From Candidatus Micrarchaeota archaeon (lineage in GTDB: Archaea; Micrarchaeota; Micrarchaeia; Micrarchaeales; CABMGC01), in NCBI GenBank assembly GCA_027334165.1, contig DAHWXM010000019.1, positions 9,983 through 73,982 on the forward strand: a stretch of DNA of 64,000 nucleotides, read 5' to 3'. Numbering within the stretch: position 1 is the stretch's first letter; each line of letters begins with the position of its first letter. The notes under the pieces are model-generated. The model was not told where the DNA came from. It did no database searches and saw only the letters and a list, made by a program, of their open reading frames with translations. The position numbers and the translations under genes were made by a program. Positions 28,622 to 38,650 of this stretch are shown piece by piece.

Positions 28622-30586
28622 ATGAAAAAATTTGCGACCACAGAAGAGGTTAAGATTCCTGACAAGATCATTGACCAGGTGATAGGGCAGGAAAAGGCAG
28701 TCGCGATAATAAGGAAGGCGGCTAAGCAGCATAGGAACGTGCTGCTCATCGGAGAACCGGGCACGGGCAAGACGATGCTCGCACAGGCCATGGCGGAGCT
28801 GCTCCCCGCGGCCGATCTGGAAGACGTGCTAGTGTACAGGAACGCGAACGATGAGAACAAGCCACTGATCAAAAATGTCAAGACTTACCCAACTGCCCCT
28901 GACATGTCAAAACCGCTCCCAGATGGGCAGGGGAGGCAGATAATACAGAAGGAGAGGATAAAGAACAGACTTGATTACGGAAAGGGCAAGAATAACATAG
29001 CCCCCATAATAACTGTAATACTTATAGCGCTGTTCGTGGTCTCACTGCTCGGTTTCTTCCAGGGATACCAGTTATTAATATTCGCAGCGGCGATACTTGC
29101 GGTAGCTCTGGTTGGTTCTGTCGCTCTCTTCGTGAGCGGGTTCAGGCGCGTAGGAGGCGTCCTCCCGGGAATGTTCGACTCCAGTGAGCCGAAGCTCATA
29201 ATAGACAACACAGGCATGACTCATGCGCCGTTCGTGGACGGAACGGGCAGCCGCGCGGGTGCGTTGTTCGGAGACGTTAGGCACGACCCACTGCAATCAG
29301 GAGGGTTGGGCACGCCGCCGCACCTTAGGGTAGAAGCCGGAGCAGTGCACAGATCAAACAAGGGCGTCCTTTTCATAGACGAAGTGGCAGACTTGGAGCC
29401 CAAATCCCAGCAAGAGTTGCTGACTGCAATGCAAGAGAAGAAATACCCTATAACAGGGCAGAGCGAAATGAGCTCTGGTGCCATAGTCAGAACAGAGCCG
29501 GTGCCATGCGATTTCCTACTCGTTGCTGCAGGAAACCTTCAGGACATACAGAAGATGCACCCCGCACTCAGGTCAAGAATACGTGGATATGGATATGAAG
29601 TGTACATGGAATCCTCAATGCCAGACACCGCAGAGAACAGGGACATGGTGATACGATTCATCTCGCAAGAGGTTAGAAAGGACAAAAAGATACCGAATTT
29701 CAATTACGATGCGTGCATGGTAATAGTTGATGAGGCCAGGAGGCGCAGTGGAAGGAAGAATAGACTTACCCTGATATTAAGGGATCTTGGCGGTCTTATC
29801 CGCGCCGCGGGTGACATAGCAATAGAACGCAATGCAAAGTTTGTGACAGCGGATGACGTGATAAAGGCCTTATCACTGGCAAAGCCCATAGAGGCACAGT
29901 TTGTAGAGCAGTCGCTGGAGTACAGGAAGGACTACAAGATATTCAAGACAAAGGGCTTTGCGATAGGCAGGGTGAATGGCCTCGCAATAGTCGGTTCAAC
30001 ATATCTCTCTGCCGGGATAGTGCTGCCGATAGTTGCGGAAGTCACGCCAGCAAGCTCAAAAACCGAGGGCAAGCTAATACCTACAGGAAAACTTGGCAAG
30101 ATAGCAAAAGAGGCTGTGAAGAACATAAGCGCCATCATAAAGAGGCATATGAACAGGGACGTGACGCGTTACGACATCCACGTACAATTCCTGCAGACTT
30201 ATGAAGGCGTTGAGGGAGACAGCGCAAGCATTTCAGTTGCGGTGGCAGTCATATCGGCAATGGAGGGCATCCCGGTCAATCAGGACTTGGCAATGACGGG
30301 TTCGCTGTCGGTGAGGGGTGACGTGCTTCCCGTAGGAGGCGTAACAAACAAAATACTCGCTGCGATAGACGTTGGGATGAAGACCGTGCTGATACCAAGC
30401 ACAAACATGAAGGACATATTCATAGACAAGAAGCGGCTGAGCCATGTGCGCATAATACCGGTGAGCAACATAGCAGAGGTGCTGAAATACGCGCTAAAGC
30501 AGAGCCCGAGGCGCGACGCCATGATAAAGGAGTTGAGCAGTTACATAACGAGCGATTCGCGGGAGAGGAAGCCGTTAATAGTCTAA
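28622..30586 (+). CDS. lonB: Membrane-anchored ATP-dependent protease LonB
   Basis: Walker A GEPGTGKT, two TM segments within the AAA domain, LFIDE, catalytic GVEGDSAS and GGVTNK. Confidence 0.95.
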   Translation: MKKFATTEEVKIPDKIIDQVIGQEKAVAIIRKAAKQHRNVLLIGEPGTGKTMLAQAMAELLPAADLEDVLVYRNANDENKPLIKNVKTYPTAPDMSKPLPDGQGRQIIQKERIKNRLDYGKGKNNIAPIITVILIALFVVSLLGFFQGYQLLIFAAAILAVALVGSVALFVSGFRRVGGVLPGMFDSSEPKLIIDNTGMTHAPFVDGTGSRAGALFGDVRHDPLQSGGLGTPPHLRVEAGAVHRSNKGVLFIDEVADLEPKSQQELLTAMQEKKYPITGQSEMSSGAIVRTEPVPCDFLLVAAGNLQDIQKMHPALRSRIRGYGYEVYMESSMPDTAENRDMVIRFISQEVRKDKKIPNFNYDACMVIVDEARRRSGRKNRLTLILRDLGGLIRAAGDIAIERNAKFVTADDVIKALSLAKPIEAQFVEQSLEYRKDYKIFKTKGFAIGRVNGLAIVGSTYLSAGIVLPIVAEVTPASSKTEGKLIPTGKLGKIAKEAVKNISAIIKRHMNRDVTRYDIHVQFLQTYEGVEGDSASISVAVAVISAMEGIPVNQDLAMTGSLSVRGDVLPVGGVTNKILAAIDVGMKTVLIPSTNMKDIFIDKKRLSHVRIIPVSNIAEVLKYALKQSPRRDAMIKELSSYITSDSRERKPLIV

Positions 30587-30603
30587 GACAGGTGTAAAGA
30601 GCC

Positions 30604-31707
30604 ATGGCAGCAAAAACTAATGATTCGACCAAGAAACTGGAGGGAATGGGAGCAGGCATAGTGTCAGACATAAAGAAAGGCAAGAATCCAACCTTTAGCA
30701 CATTGGTCAGGGCGCGCTCAAACATAATCTTTGACCAAAAGGAGGGATATCTCAAACTAGGTAAGACGAGAGAGGAAAGGAGCTTCCTGAATTTCTCCCA
30801 GTCGAAGAGGTTCATGCAGACAGTAGCGATAGCATCGAAATGTCATAAGTTCGTGAAGGAGAACTTGCACACCACCATAAGGGGTCTGTTTTATCAGCTG
30901 AAGTATTCGCTTGGTGACGACATAGATGAGAATATATTCAGCGAACAGTCGGAGTCCAATCCACTCATAGAAGACCTCGAAGTTGCCCTGGAAGTAAAGA
31001 GGGAGAACCTGAACTTGAACGCAAATAGGAAAGGAGTACTTGCGGGAAACATGAAGGTCATGGACACGTTCGGCAATGAGAGGCTTGAGATAGACTGCAG
31101 CAAGCAGGGCAGGAGCGGCTGGGCCATCCCGAGCGACGTTGACAATGACATAGAATTTGTAGACGTAAAGGCAAAGTACGTGCTCGTAGTGGAAAAGGAC
31201 GCGCTATGGCAGAGGCTTAACGAAGATGGGCTTTGGAAGAAGGAAAATTTCATACTTATAACACCGCAGGGGCAAGCGGCAAGAGGCACGCGAAGGCTCA
31301 TACGCAAGCTCGCAGACATGGGGCTTCCTGTATACGTATTCACAGACTCTGATGCCTGGGGATGGTACATATACTGGACGATAAAGACGGGCAGCATAAA
31401 TCTTGCATACATAGGCAGCGATGTGGCTACACCGGAAGCGAAGTTCATCGGTGTCACAATGTCTGACCTTGACAAGTACGATTTCCTCAACAAGATGACC
31501 ATAAACGCCAGCGAGGTTGACCTTAAGCGGGCACAGGAGATGCTAAATTACAACTGGATAAACAAGAGCAAGGAATGGGTAGCCGAGCTTGAGAGAATGA
31601 TAAAGTCGAAGAAGAAGCTGGAGCAGGATGCGCTCCAGGGCCCAAGGCTCACGTTTGTAGACGATTACATAAAGGACAAGATAAAAAGACACGATTTCCT
31701 GCCTTGA
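30604..31707 (+). CDS. top6A: DNA topoisomerase VI subunit A
   Basis: TIRGLFY catalytic Tyr, VVEKDA TOPRIM, TDSDAWG, KLEQDA. Confidence 0.93.
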   Translation: MAAKTNDSTKKLEGMGAGIVSDIKKGKNPTFSTLVRARSNIIFDQKEGYLKLGKTREERSFLNFSQSKRFMQTVAIASKCHKFVKENLHTTIRGLFYQLKYSLGDDIDENIFSEQSESNPLIEDLEVALEVKRENLNLNANRKGVLAGNMKVMDTFGNERLEIDCSKQGRSGWAIPSDVDNDIEFVDVKAKYVLVVEKDALWQRLNEDGLWKKENFILITPQGQAARGTRRLIRKLADMGLPVYVFTDSDAWGWYIYWTIKTGSINLAYIGSDVATPEAKFIGVTMSDLDKYDFLNKMTINASEVDLKRAQEMLNYNWINKSKEWVAELERMIKSKKKLEQDALQGPRLTFVDDYIKDKIKRHDFLP

Positions 31708-31712
31708 TGGAT

Positions 31713-32360
31713 CTACGCGCCCTTGTTGAGCAGACTACTCGGACATAAATCGCTTAGCGGGCATTCCGCGCATGCAGGAGTTCTCGCATGGCATACGTCC
31801 CTGCCTAGCGCTATGAACAGATTGGATATTTCACCGCGTTTTTTCGTAGCGGCTATCCGCATGAGAGAGCACTCTACGGCGTGTGGGGCGCCGGATGGGC
31901 TAAGGCCCAACCGATGCGCGACCCTCGCGCAATGAGTATCGACGACTATGCCCTCGTTTATCCCGTACATCTCATTCAGCACGACGTTGCCGACCTTTCT
32001 TCCCACGCCGGGCAAGACCATCATCTCGGCAAGTGTCCGCGGGACCTTTCCATCAAAAATTTCGACAAGCATCCTTGCTGACCTCCTCAAGTGCTTCGCT
32101 TTCGTCCGATAATAATTCAAACCGCCTAGATCCTTCTCCAGCTCAATAGGATCCGCATTTGCGTAATCTGAAAATGTCTTGTACTTCTTAAAAAGGCCGC
32201 GTGTAGCCGCATTCACTTGCTTGTCAGTGCATTGTGGCGAGAGAAGCACGGCAGTGAAAAGATCAGAAGCAGTGCGATGCTTCAGCTCGGTGTGTAGATT
32301 CCTCCCATAACGTCTTTCGAGCCTGCCGAGCACTGCGGATAACATCTTCTTCTTATTCAT
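31713..32360 (-). CDS. nth: Endonuclease III
   Basis: LSPQCTD, LPGVGRKVGNVVL HhH, VDTH, C-x6-C-x2-C-x5-C Fe-S cluster. Confidence 0.92.
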   Translation of the reverse strand: MNKKKMLSAVLGRLERRYGRNLHTELKHRTASDLFTAVLLSPQCTDKQVNAATRGLFKKYKTFSDYANADPIELEKDLGGLNYYRTKAKHLRRSARMLVEIFDGKVPRTLAEMMVLPGVGRKVGNVVLNEMYGINEGIVVDTHCARVAHRLGLSPSGAPHAVECSLMRIAATKKRGEISNLFIALGRDVCHARTPACAECPLSDLCPSSLLNKGA

Positions 32361-32385
32361 GGGAATAGATTGCCCGTCTAGGTTT

Positions 32386-32673
32386 TTAATTCTTGATGGA
32401 TAGATAGGTACCATAGCCGTCCGATAACACGTAATAATCTCCAGACTGGCGCATGTTTACCCCATCAAGCAGCGCGGCTTGTACGGCAAAAGGATAACAG
32501 GAAGGGGCCGTCTGGACAAGCCCCACGTACATACTAGATTTTATTGATGCTGATGCCTGTCCATAGTATATAAGATTGGATTGGAGCACGGACAGCGAAG
32601 AGAGGGCCGACGCCGTGTATATAGAACCAGCAAGGACGGTTAGCATGATCGAAATACCATAAAATGACATCAT
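32386..32673 (-). CDS. Small protein with N-terminal hydrophobic helix, last gene of pilus operon (minor pilin-like)
   Basis: 4-nt overlap with upstream pilin gene; hydrophobic N-terminus, Ser-rich remainder. Confidence 0.55.
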   Translation of the reverse strand: MMSFYGISIMLTVLAGSIYTASALSSLSVLQSNLIYYGQASASIKSSMYVGLVQTAPSCYPFAVQAALLDGVNMRQSGDYYVLSDGYGTYLSIKN

Positions 32674-33065
32674 GCACCAGCCTCGAGACAGAGAAACACG
32701 TATTTATTTCCAGCATGGAACGGGAAACATGAACCCATCCGGTTGGACAAAGATGCACCGATGCTACCCCCATTCACTGACACCAGCGACATGTTTTCAA
32801 ATCCATAAATGCCAGCGTATTCGTCAAGATAGTTGATTATGCACGACGAACCGTTTATTATGAATGACGAAATGCAAGTTTGCATCGAGGCGTTTTCGGT
32901 GGCTTGACGTACAAAATCGTAGGCCGTGTATGACCACATCAACTCCCTGTTTGAGGCAGAGAAGTTTGCAGTGTATCCTGAAATGCAGTAGGCGATTGTA
33001 CACAGTAGCGATAACGAAAAGGATAGCGATAGGAGCGATTCGAAAGTAGCTAATTGTAACCGCAT
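32670..33065 (-). CDS. Type IV pilin-like protein
   Basis: MRL|QLATFE followed by a hydrophobic helix; Cys-containing extracellular domain. Confidence 0.65.
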   Translation of the reverse strand: MRLQLATFESLLSLSFSLSLLCTIAYCISGYTANFSASNRELMWSYTAYDFVRQATENASMQTCISSFIINGSSCIINYLDEYAGIYGFENMSLVSVNGGSIGASLSNRMGSCFPFHAGNKYVFLCLEAGA

Positions 33066-33069
33066 GCAT

Positions 33070-34350
33070 TCACGTTATTTCTATCTTTGAGCCGTTGTAA
33101 TATACTGTAGAATCCACGCCATTACTGTCATTAAGCGATATCAGTATCACGAATGTGAATCTGACGTGTGGTGTGCAGATTATGGAATCATGGGACATGC
33201 GGCAGGAGTCGTTTGTTGGTTCTGCTGTGCGAATCATCACTGAGGAAGCATTTTCATAAGCTGCAATGGCCTGTTGGATCGCGGATTGTTCTGGTGAGGA
33301 TATGTCTGTTTTGTTGTAATACCATAGAAGATACTTAGCATTAGTCATAGCCCGCGAATATTCTACATACGAATTCGGATTCACATTAAGCATTGATCCA
33401 GAGTGCCAGAGCAGAGGGCCTTCTGCAGTCCCGGAATATGAGACATTCTGGATTGATGCCGTTCCGACAACCTCGTTTGCGGAGTACACGAAGTCTCTGC
33501 TCATGGAACTTATCACGGTGGAAAGCATTTCGCCATTCGGAGTTGTCAGGTTTATTGTGAACGAGTACGAATATCTTGGGGCATTTGCGGTATTTGTACC
33601 GACTTCCTGGAAGCTAGTGTTTTTTGGGGTTATGCAGAACGTCTCCGTCTGACTTCCGCCTCCGGTATAACAACCTGTAGAGAATATGTTGTACTCCCAT
33701 GCATTATAAGTTCCGCATTGTGAATTGATTCCGTACGGATTGCCCCAGAAGCCTATCTGTGTGCAATGGCCCCATTCGTTAAATTGTGATACATTTTCTG
33801 ATGTGCTTTCGTTGTATACTATGGATTCGCTGATATTCGATATGGTTGCGGAGTATTGAGAGTCAGAGTAGGCATAGGCTGCCGAAAGGGCGTCGGTGTA
33901 GGAATAATATGTGCCGTTGCGCTTTGTGCCTGCACAACGTATAGAATAGTTAATCGATGCATAGTCAATACCGGCTCTCGTGGGCATAAACCGAATTTCT
34001 GAGAGATACATGCCAGAAAAATTACCGTGTATGGAAGTCGTATTAAAAAGAATGGCACTTGACGATAGTGAGAAGTTCAACGAGCCAGAACCGCAGCCAT
34101 ACCCAAGCGCCTGTGCGACCGCTTCCTTCCCCACAGAGGAGTTTAAAGGCATCGCAAAAGAGAATGATGGAGCATCAGTACTGTCATTAATCGGTACAAT
34201 CTGTGTCGTGACGTATGAAAAATTTTCCGATGAAAATGTTGAATGCTCAAGGCTTATGCCCTTCGTGTACAGCGATATTGCGCTCAGGCTCAGAATGCTC
34301 ACTGCAGATAGGATGAGCATGAATTCTATACTCGTTTGGACACGCATCAT
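33070..34350 (-). CDS. Large pilin-like/adhesin protein with class III signal peptide
   Basis: MMRV|QTSIEFMLILSAVSIL; Ser/Thr/Asn-rich with many N-x-S/T sequons and paired Cys; ATGA overlap with upstream gene. Confidence 0.75.
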   Translation of the reverse strand: MMRVQTSIEFMLILSAVSILSLSAISLYTKGISLEHSTFSSENFSYVTTQIVPINDSTDAPSFSFAMPLNSSVGKEAVAQALGYGCGSGSLNFSLSSSAILFNTTSIHGNFSGMYLSEIRFMPTRAGIDYASINYSIRCAGTKRNGTYYSYTDALSAAYAYSDSQYSATISNISESIVYNESTSENVSQFNEWGHCTQIGFWGNPYGINSQCGTYNAWEYNIFSTGCYTGGGSQTETFCITPKNTSFQEVGTNTANAPRYSYSFTINLTTPNGEMLSTVISSMSRDFVYSANEVVGTASIQNVSYSGTAEGPLLWHSGSMLNVNPNSYVEYSRAMTNAKYLLWYYNKTDISSPEQSAIQQAIAAYENASSVMIRTAEPTNDSCRMSHDSIICTPHVRFTFVILISLNDSNGVDSTVYYNGSKIEIT

Positions 34351-34697
34351 TTCAACACCATTACGTAGGATTTTCTGGATACTGTTATTATGCGGCATAT
34401 CTTCCCGGGGCAGATCCCCACATCGTTTGCTCCGAAAAACAGGGCGGAGAAATTTCCTTGTTTGGCCATGGAGTTGGTAAACGTAGTAAATTCAGAGTAG
34501 TTCATTCCGGTGGCATAACCTGTGGCAATAATTTTCTGGGAGTCTGCTGCGATGGCCAGAGCAGAGGCCTGCACGAGCGCTGCGTGCCGAATGTACTTCA
34601 TGCCTGTGGTTCCCCCGATAAGCAGCAGTAGTATTGCAAATAGGGTTAACGGCACACCGATTGCAAAGTCCATGTTTTGTATCAATGTATCAACCAA
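34347..34697 (-). CDS. Pilin-like protein
   Basis: IQNMDFAIGVPLTLFAILLLLI hydrophobic N-terminus, C-terminal C-x3-C; start uncertain (34697, 34685 or 34673). Confidence 0.55.
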   Translation of the reverse strand: MVDTLIQNMDFAIGVPLTLFAILLLLIGGTTGMKYIRHAALVQASALAIAADSQKIIATGYATGMNYSEFTTFTNSMAKQGNFSALFFGANDVGICPGKICRIITVSRKSYVMVLK

Positions 34698-34890
34698 TGT
34701 TAATGCAGCCCGCGCATACGGATATTGAAGATGAATTGCCGGATTCTGATGATGCGAGCGCTGATACATAGTCTGCGACGACGTGCGAGAATCCGTAAAG
34801 ATGCGATATCATCGGTATGGTCGTTGCTGCAAACATTATCACCAGGCACATGGTGAGCAGCATTTCTATGCTCAATTGCAGTTTTTGCAT
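34690..34890 (-). CDS. Short type IV pilin-like protein
   Basis: MQKL|QLSIEMLLTMCLVIMF; real start ATG 34890. Confidence 0.65.
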   Translation of the reverse strand: MQKLQLSIEMLLTMCLVIMFAATTIPMISHLYGFSHVVADYVSALASSESGNSSSISVCAGCINIG

Positions 34891-35252
34891 GACATCACGT
34901 ATTGCCCCACACCGTCGGGTGAGATCTCGAGCTCTTTGTACACACCATCTGGACACAGCGCATTTCCTGCGACTCGGATTTCGGCGACAAAATCGAATGT
35001 ACCGTATCCGTTTTTAATCCCGTGGCCCGTGAAGGTCGAATTGCATGCCCCTACAGGAACATACGCAGTAAAGGAGGTATTGGTACCGGAAATGTGGTTG
35101 TTTATAATGAATGAGAATTCTGAAAACGCGTACGATGCGATGTGCCATTCCACAAATGAGGATTTCGCTGCGAGCATGCTGATTGAGGATAGCAGGGCCA
35201 GCGCCGCTACCCCAATGTAGATCAGCCACTCAACAGACAGTTGCAGGCGCAT
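34872..35252 (-). CDS. Type IV pilin-like protein
   Basis: MRL|QLSVEWLIYIGVAALAL. Confidence 0.7.
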   Translation of the reverse strand: MRLQLSVEWLIYIGVAALALLSSISMLAAKSSFVEWHIASYAFSEFSFIINNHISGTNTSFTAYVPVGACNSTFTGHGIKNGYGTFDFVAEIRVAGNALCPDGVYKELEISPDGVGQYVMSCKNCN

Positions 35253-35267
35253 GTGGATGTACCCCAA

Positions 35268-35540
35268 TCAGGCAGAACCGGCGGATAGGCGTGACAGTTG
35301 CTGCGATATTGCGGAGGTTATGCTGTAATTCGTCCCGTTTATGAGCACGTTGTTCGGGATAGTTGTTTTCAGTTTTACGATCATGACCAATGCCATAACT
35401 ATCACAATGCTCGCCGTAGCTATCATCATGACATATTCCAGAGAGCCTTGGGCCCTGGAAGCTCGAACCATCAGGGGTAGGGTCTTCACTTCCATAGGCA
35501 ACATCCCGTACACGACCTTTACATATTTTCTCAAATCCAT
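35268..35540 (-). CDS. Type IV pilin (class III signal, candidate major pilin)
   Basis: RASRA|QGSLEYVMMIATASIVIVMALVMIV; real start ATG 35540 or later. Confidence 0.78.
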   Translation of the reverse strand: MDLRKYVKVVYGMLPMEVKTLPLMVRASRAQGSLEYVMMIATASIVIVMALVMIVKLKTTIPNNVLINGTNYSITSAISQQLSRLSAGSA

Positions 35541-35548
35541 TTTATCAC

Positions 35549-36301
35549 TCATACAATATAAGGGGTGTAACTTGCCGATACTACCAGTATGGCAATGGCA
35601 ATTGCCACGCGTGGTATCGCATCGTACAGGATGTTCTTTGTGTCTGCCAGAGGATTCCTGAAAAATGCGTTTATTAGCATTGTAATCACTATGTAACATG
35701 CCAACACCAGAATGAAGTGTGACTGTACAGTGAGATAGCTGAAGGAGTTTATCGAAGAAGAAATCTCGAATATCGCCGTGCTTATGCCGCCGAACAGGGG
35801 AAGAAAGAAAGTAAGGCCCAGCATGGCTATGGAGTTCGCACTGCCGATCCGAGAGTTGAACGCATTGGTGCGCCTTGCACGCTCTTTAACACGCGCCGAG
35901 AACGCCGAGATTTGCCTAACAGAATGCTTCCTTCCCGAGAGACCTAGATGAAGCAACCACACGAATTCGGACAAAGTTGCATCGGCACTATATCGGGAAA
36001 GGGAGTCGGTGTCGCCGAATAGGAAACTGCGGATGAGCGGCGCAATCTTACCGGAGATTGGATGTGGAAGGGATGTTGCGCGGCGTATCGCCTTCCATAT
36101 TCCTGTGTCTTGAGAGGAAACAATGCTGTCAGCCAAAAGGGATAGGCCGGTATCGTTAACGTCGGCCCTCCTTGGCCGCAGAAAAAGCAGCGCGGCGCAC
36201 GCAAATGGGAACAGCAATGACGCCGGAACTTCTCGGATCAGGGCTAATGGTATCAAGATGACCTGAAGCAAGGTGAGCGGCAGTAAATATCTATCAAGCA
36301 T
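35549..36301 (-). CDS. Pilus membrane platform protein (TadC/ArlJ-like)
   Basis: TM-cytoplasmic helical domain-TM layout with FFLPLFGGI; second membrane gene after the ATPase. Confidence 0.65.
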   Translation of the reverse strand: MLDRYLLPLTLLQVILIPLALIREVPASLLFPFACAALLFLRPRRADVNDTGLSLLADSIVSSQDTGIWKAIRRATSLPHPISGKIAPLIRSFLFGDTDSLSRYSADATLSEFVWLLHLGLSGRKHSVRQISAFSARVKERARRTNAFNSRIGSANSIAMLGLTFFLPLFGGISTAIFEISSSINSFSYLTVQSHFILVLACYIVITMLINAFFRNPLADTKNILYDAIPRVAIAIAILVVSASYTPYIV

Positions 36302-37013
36302 GCAAAACCCTGTTTATAACTATGTTTAGCGCCAATGACATCGATGGAAGGAGTAGGAGCATCGCCATTGAAAACATAATCATTGATCCCGCAGTTTGTC
36401 CGAGTATGGCATTGCCTATGAACCCAAAAATGGCAAAGGACGGAAGCACGGTAGATACGAACATACCAAGAGTGGCATTCCTTTGGAGCATTCCTTCGGC
36501 ACGGGACATCTTCTCCGCGAGATCCATGTGTCTGGAGTCCAACACACCGCGAATTGACGCTCCTTCCTCGATGTTTGAACCGTGCAACAAGCCCCGCACC
36601 GCTTCTCCAGGCGCGGAGATAGAGCAAGATACAACTGCCTCGGGCAGCCGCATTCCGAACCTCGTTCTCTTGCGTATCTCGTCTACCGCTAGCTTTAATG
36701 CAGCCGAACTGGAGAAACGGGATATTTCGGCCAGTTTGCATAACGTGGGCAGATTAGACGCGTTTTCGCCAAACACACTGTCGAACGCGTAAAGAGCTTC
36801 TGCCCGAAGATGTGTTGCCCTCAGGTCATGCCTCGCGGAATTTACCGCGGCGTAGACGCCATAGGCAAATACGGATGACGATATTATTGATGCGTACATT
36901 ATGGCCGATGCAGTAAATATATGCGGGTATGTAATTACAAGTCCGATAGAAGTTCCGGAAAATAGGGATAGAAGTATGCGCCACTTATCGTTCTTGAAGT
37001 TCATATTCCGCAC
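36294..37013 (-). CDS. Pilus membrane platform protein (TadB/TadC-like)
   Basis: TM-soluble helical (EIRKRTRFGMRLPEAV)-TM layout; directly follows the ATPase. Confidence 0.65.
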   Translation of the reverse strand: MRNMNFKNDKWRILLSLFSGTSIGLVITYPHIFTASAIMYASIISSSVFAYGVYAAVNSARHDLRATHLRAEALYAFDSVFGENASNLPTLCKLAEISRFSSSAALKLAVDEIRKRTRFGMRLPEAVVSCSISAPGEAVRGLLHGSNIEEGASIRGVLDSRHMDLAEKMSRAEGMLQRNATLGMFVSTVLPSFAIFGFIGNAILGQTAGSMIMFSMAMLLLLPSMSLALNIVINRVLHA

Positions 37014-38515
37014 CCATGCCGTGCCAATTCTTCACTGAAGCCATCGATTCCGGCATTTTTGGCAATGACCATTTCGATGAACGATTTTTGCCGCTCGAAT
37101 TCCTTTGCGGCCAGGCGGACGGATATCCCGCGAATCTTTGCATAAACCCGGATGGCTTTCGAATCCTTAAGGTCATTCGTCAGCAAGGTGCCGTCAGAAA
37201 CGAGGTTGTCTATTCGCACCTTATCCTGGTCGCCCATGTTGATCCCCGTATCTGTTTCGGCACGGCTAAGCCAGTTATATTCGTACACGCGAGTTATCCT
37301 CCTCCCAATTGTGCCAAACTGGGAAAGGTGTATTGATAGGTCAAGCATGCTTATGCTCTTCGTGTCAACCCCCATTGGTCTTGTCATTAGGCGGCGTATG
37401 ACACCCATTGAATCATCTGGACTGTGCATAGTTGTTAGGAATTGAATGCCGAGGTTCGCTCCGGAGAACAGGTCTCGCGCCTCCTCCCCGCGGATCTCGC
37501 CAATTATAAGACAGTCCGGACGCAGACGCAGCGCGTTTATTACCTGTTCTTTTGTGGTTACGCGGCCCTTCTCCCCATAGAGGGACACGGAGTTCATGTA
37601 GTCCTTTAGACTTATCTCATGAATGTCCTCTTCCACTGCTATTATCCTCCTGCCCCGTGGCACAAGCCCAAGAAGGGTGTTTAGCATCGTGGTTTTTCCG
37701 CTTGCTGGTGCGCCAGAGATGACAATGTTCAACCCAGAAGCCACGCAGAACCAAAGATATGCCAATGTGCCGGCGTCCATCGTACCATTGCGTAGCAGCA
37801 GATCGGCAGAAACGCCGTCTTCCTTGCCAAGGCGTATGCTTGCTGCAGCGCCACTTCTCACGTATGGATATATCTGGGCGTGCACACGCGCGTCTCCATG
37901 CTGCACATCTATTATCGGACTGTCCTCAGAGAGTTCCTTCTCCGAGTCGAGTATCATCCGGTTTATATCATAGCGGAATGCCCCCGCATCCTTGAACTTA
38001 AGGTTGGTTACGCATCTCCCGTACTTTTTCGTATACACTGCAAGCGGAAGATCCGGTGAATTGACCTCTATCTCCTCTAGATGCGTCTTGTTTAGCAGTA
38101 GTAGGCTCAGCGGGCCGTGCCCGGCAATATCGTGGGCTACGAAAGGATACAGTTTGTCTGCCGTCTGCGCGTCAGCGTATCTGAGAATGGCGGCCTTTGC
38201 AAGGTGATATGCACTGCCCATCACATCGGTGGCTGGATCTGCGCCATCTGCAACCAGCGTGTCTATAACGTCACGCTTTGCTCTCTCCATCGCGCGGGAA
38301 TCCCATTCGCTGCCCTTCAATCCGTAACCCACAACGTACGCGTATCCATTCTTGCGTTTCACTATTGCGGACGAAGCGATATCTCCCAAACGCTCCACAA
38401 CGCTGCCGAAATCGAAATCGCACAGGCCATACGTAAGATGAGACGGCTCTTTTTCTATTGGCATGTTTTGGGGCCTTCCCCATGTTCCAAGGCTCCGGGC
38501 CAGTTTTTGTAGCAT
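37001..38515 (-). CDS. Type II/IV secretion (VirB11/TadA/ArlI-like) assembly ATPase
   Basis: Walker A GAPASGKT, Asp box AVEEDIHE, ALRLRPD, Walker B IIGEIRG, His box TTMH. Confidence 0.93.
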   Translation of the reverse strand: MLQKLARSLGTWGRPQNMPIEKEPSHLTYGLCDFDFGSVVERLGDIASSAIVKRKNGYAYVVGYGLKGSEWDSRAMERAKRDVIDTLVADGADPATDVMGSAYHLAKAAILRYADAQTADKLYPFVAHDIAGHGPLSLLLLNKTHLEEIEVNSPDLPLAVYTKKYGRCVTNLKFKDAGAFRYDINRMILDSEKELSEDSPIIDVQHGDARVHAQIYPYVRSGAAASIRLGKEDGVSADLLLRNGTMDAGTLAYLWFCVASGLNIVISGAPASGKTTMLNTLLGLVPRGRRIIAVEEDIHEISLKDYMNSVSLYGEKGRVTTKEQVINALRLRPDCLIIGEIRGEEARDLFSGANLGIQFLTTMHSPDDSMGVIRRLMTRPMGVDTKSISMLDLSIHLSQFGTIGRRITRVYEYNWLSRAETDTGINMGDQDKVRIDNLVSDGTLLTNDLKDSKAIRVYAKIRGISVRLAAKEFERQKSFIEMVIAKNAGIDGFSEELARHGCGI

Positions 38516-38554
38516 GGTAACAGTATTTTATTTTAGTATATAATCTTTTACTTA

Positions 38555-38592
38555 TGTATAATACGAAAAGGTATATATACTTTTCTTATACA
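38555..38592. promoter_or_regulatory. Imperfect palindrome in divergent promoter region between pilus operon and wHTH gene
   Basis: TGTATAA..GAAAA-g-GTATATATAC-TTTTC-TTATACA. Confidence 0.4.
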
Positions 38593-38650
38593 CACATTAT
38601 AAATTGACAGTGCCGTAAAATCGGCGACAACCGGATAAATAGGGTATAGC

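Noticed and set aside
30604-31707. Stand-alone Spo11-like nuclease
   Set aside because: The sequence is a typical full-length Top6A; top6B is most likely elsewhere in the genome.
35541-35699. Upstream extension of the pilin ORF
   Set aside because: It overlaps the TadC-like gene in another frame and is not protein-like.
32386-38515. Archaellum or conjugation locus
   Set aside because: No ArlH/KaiC-like gene, archaellin domain, VirB4 or relaxase is present; the architecture fits an adhesion-type pilus.
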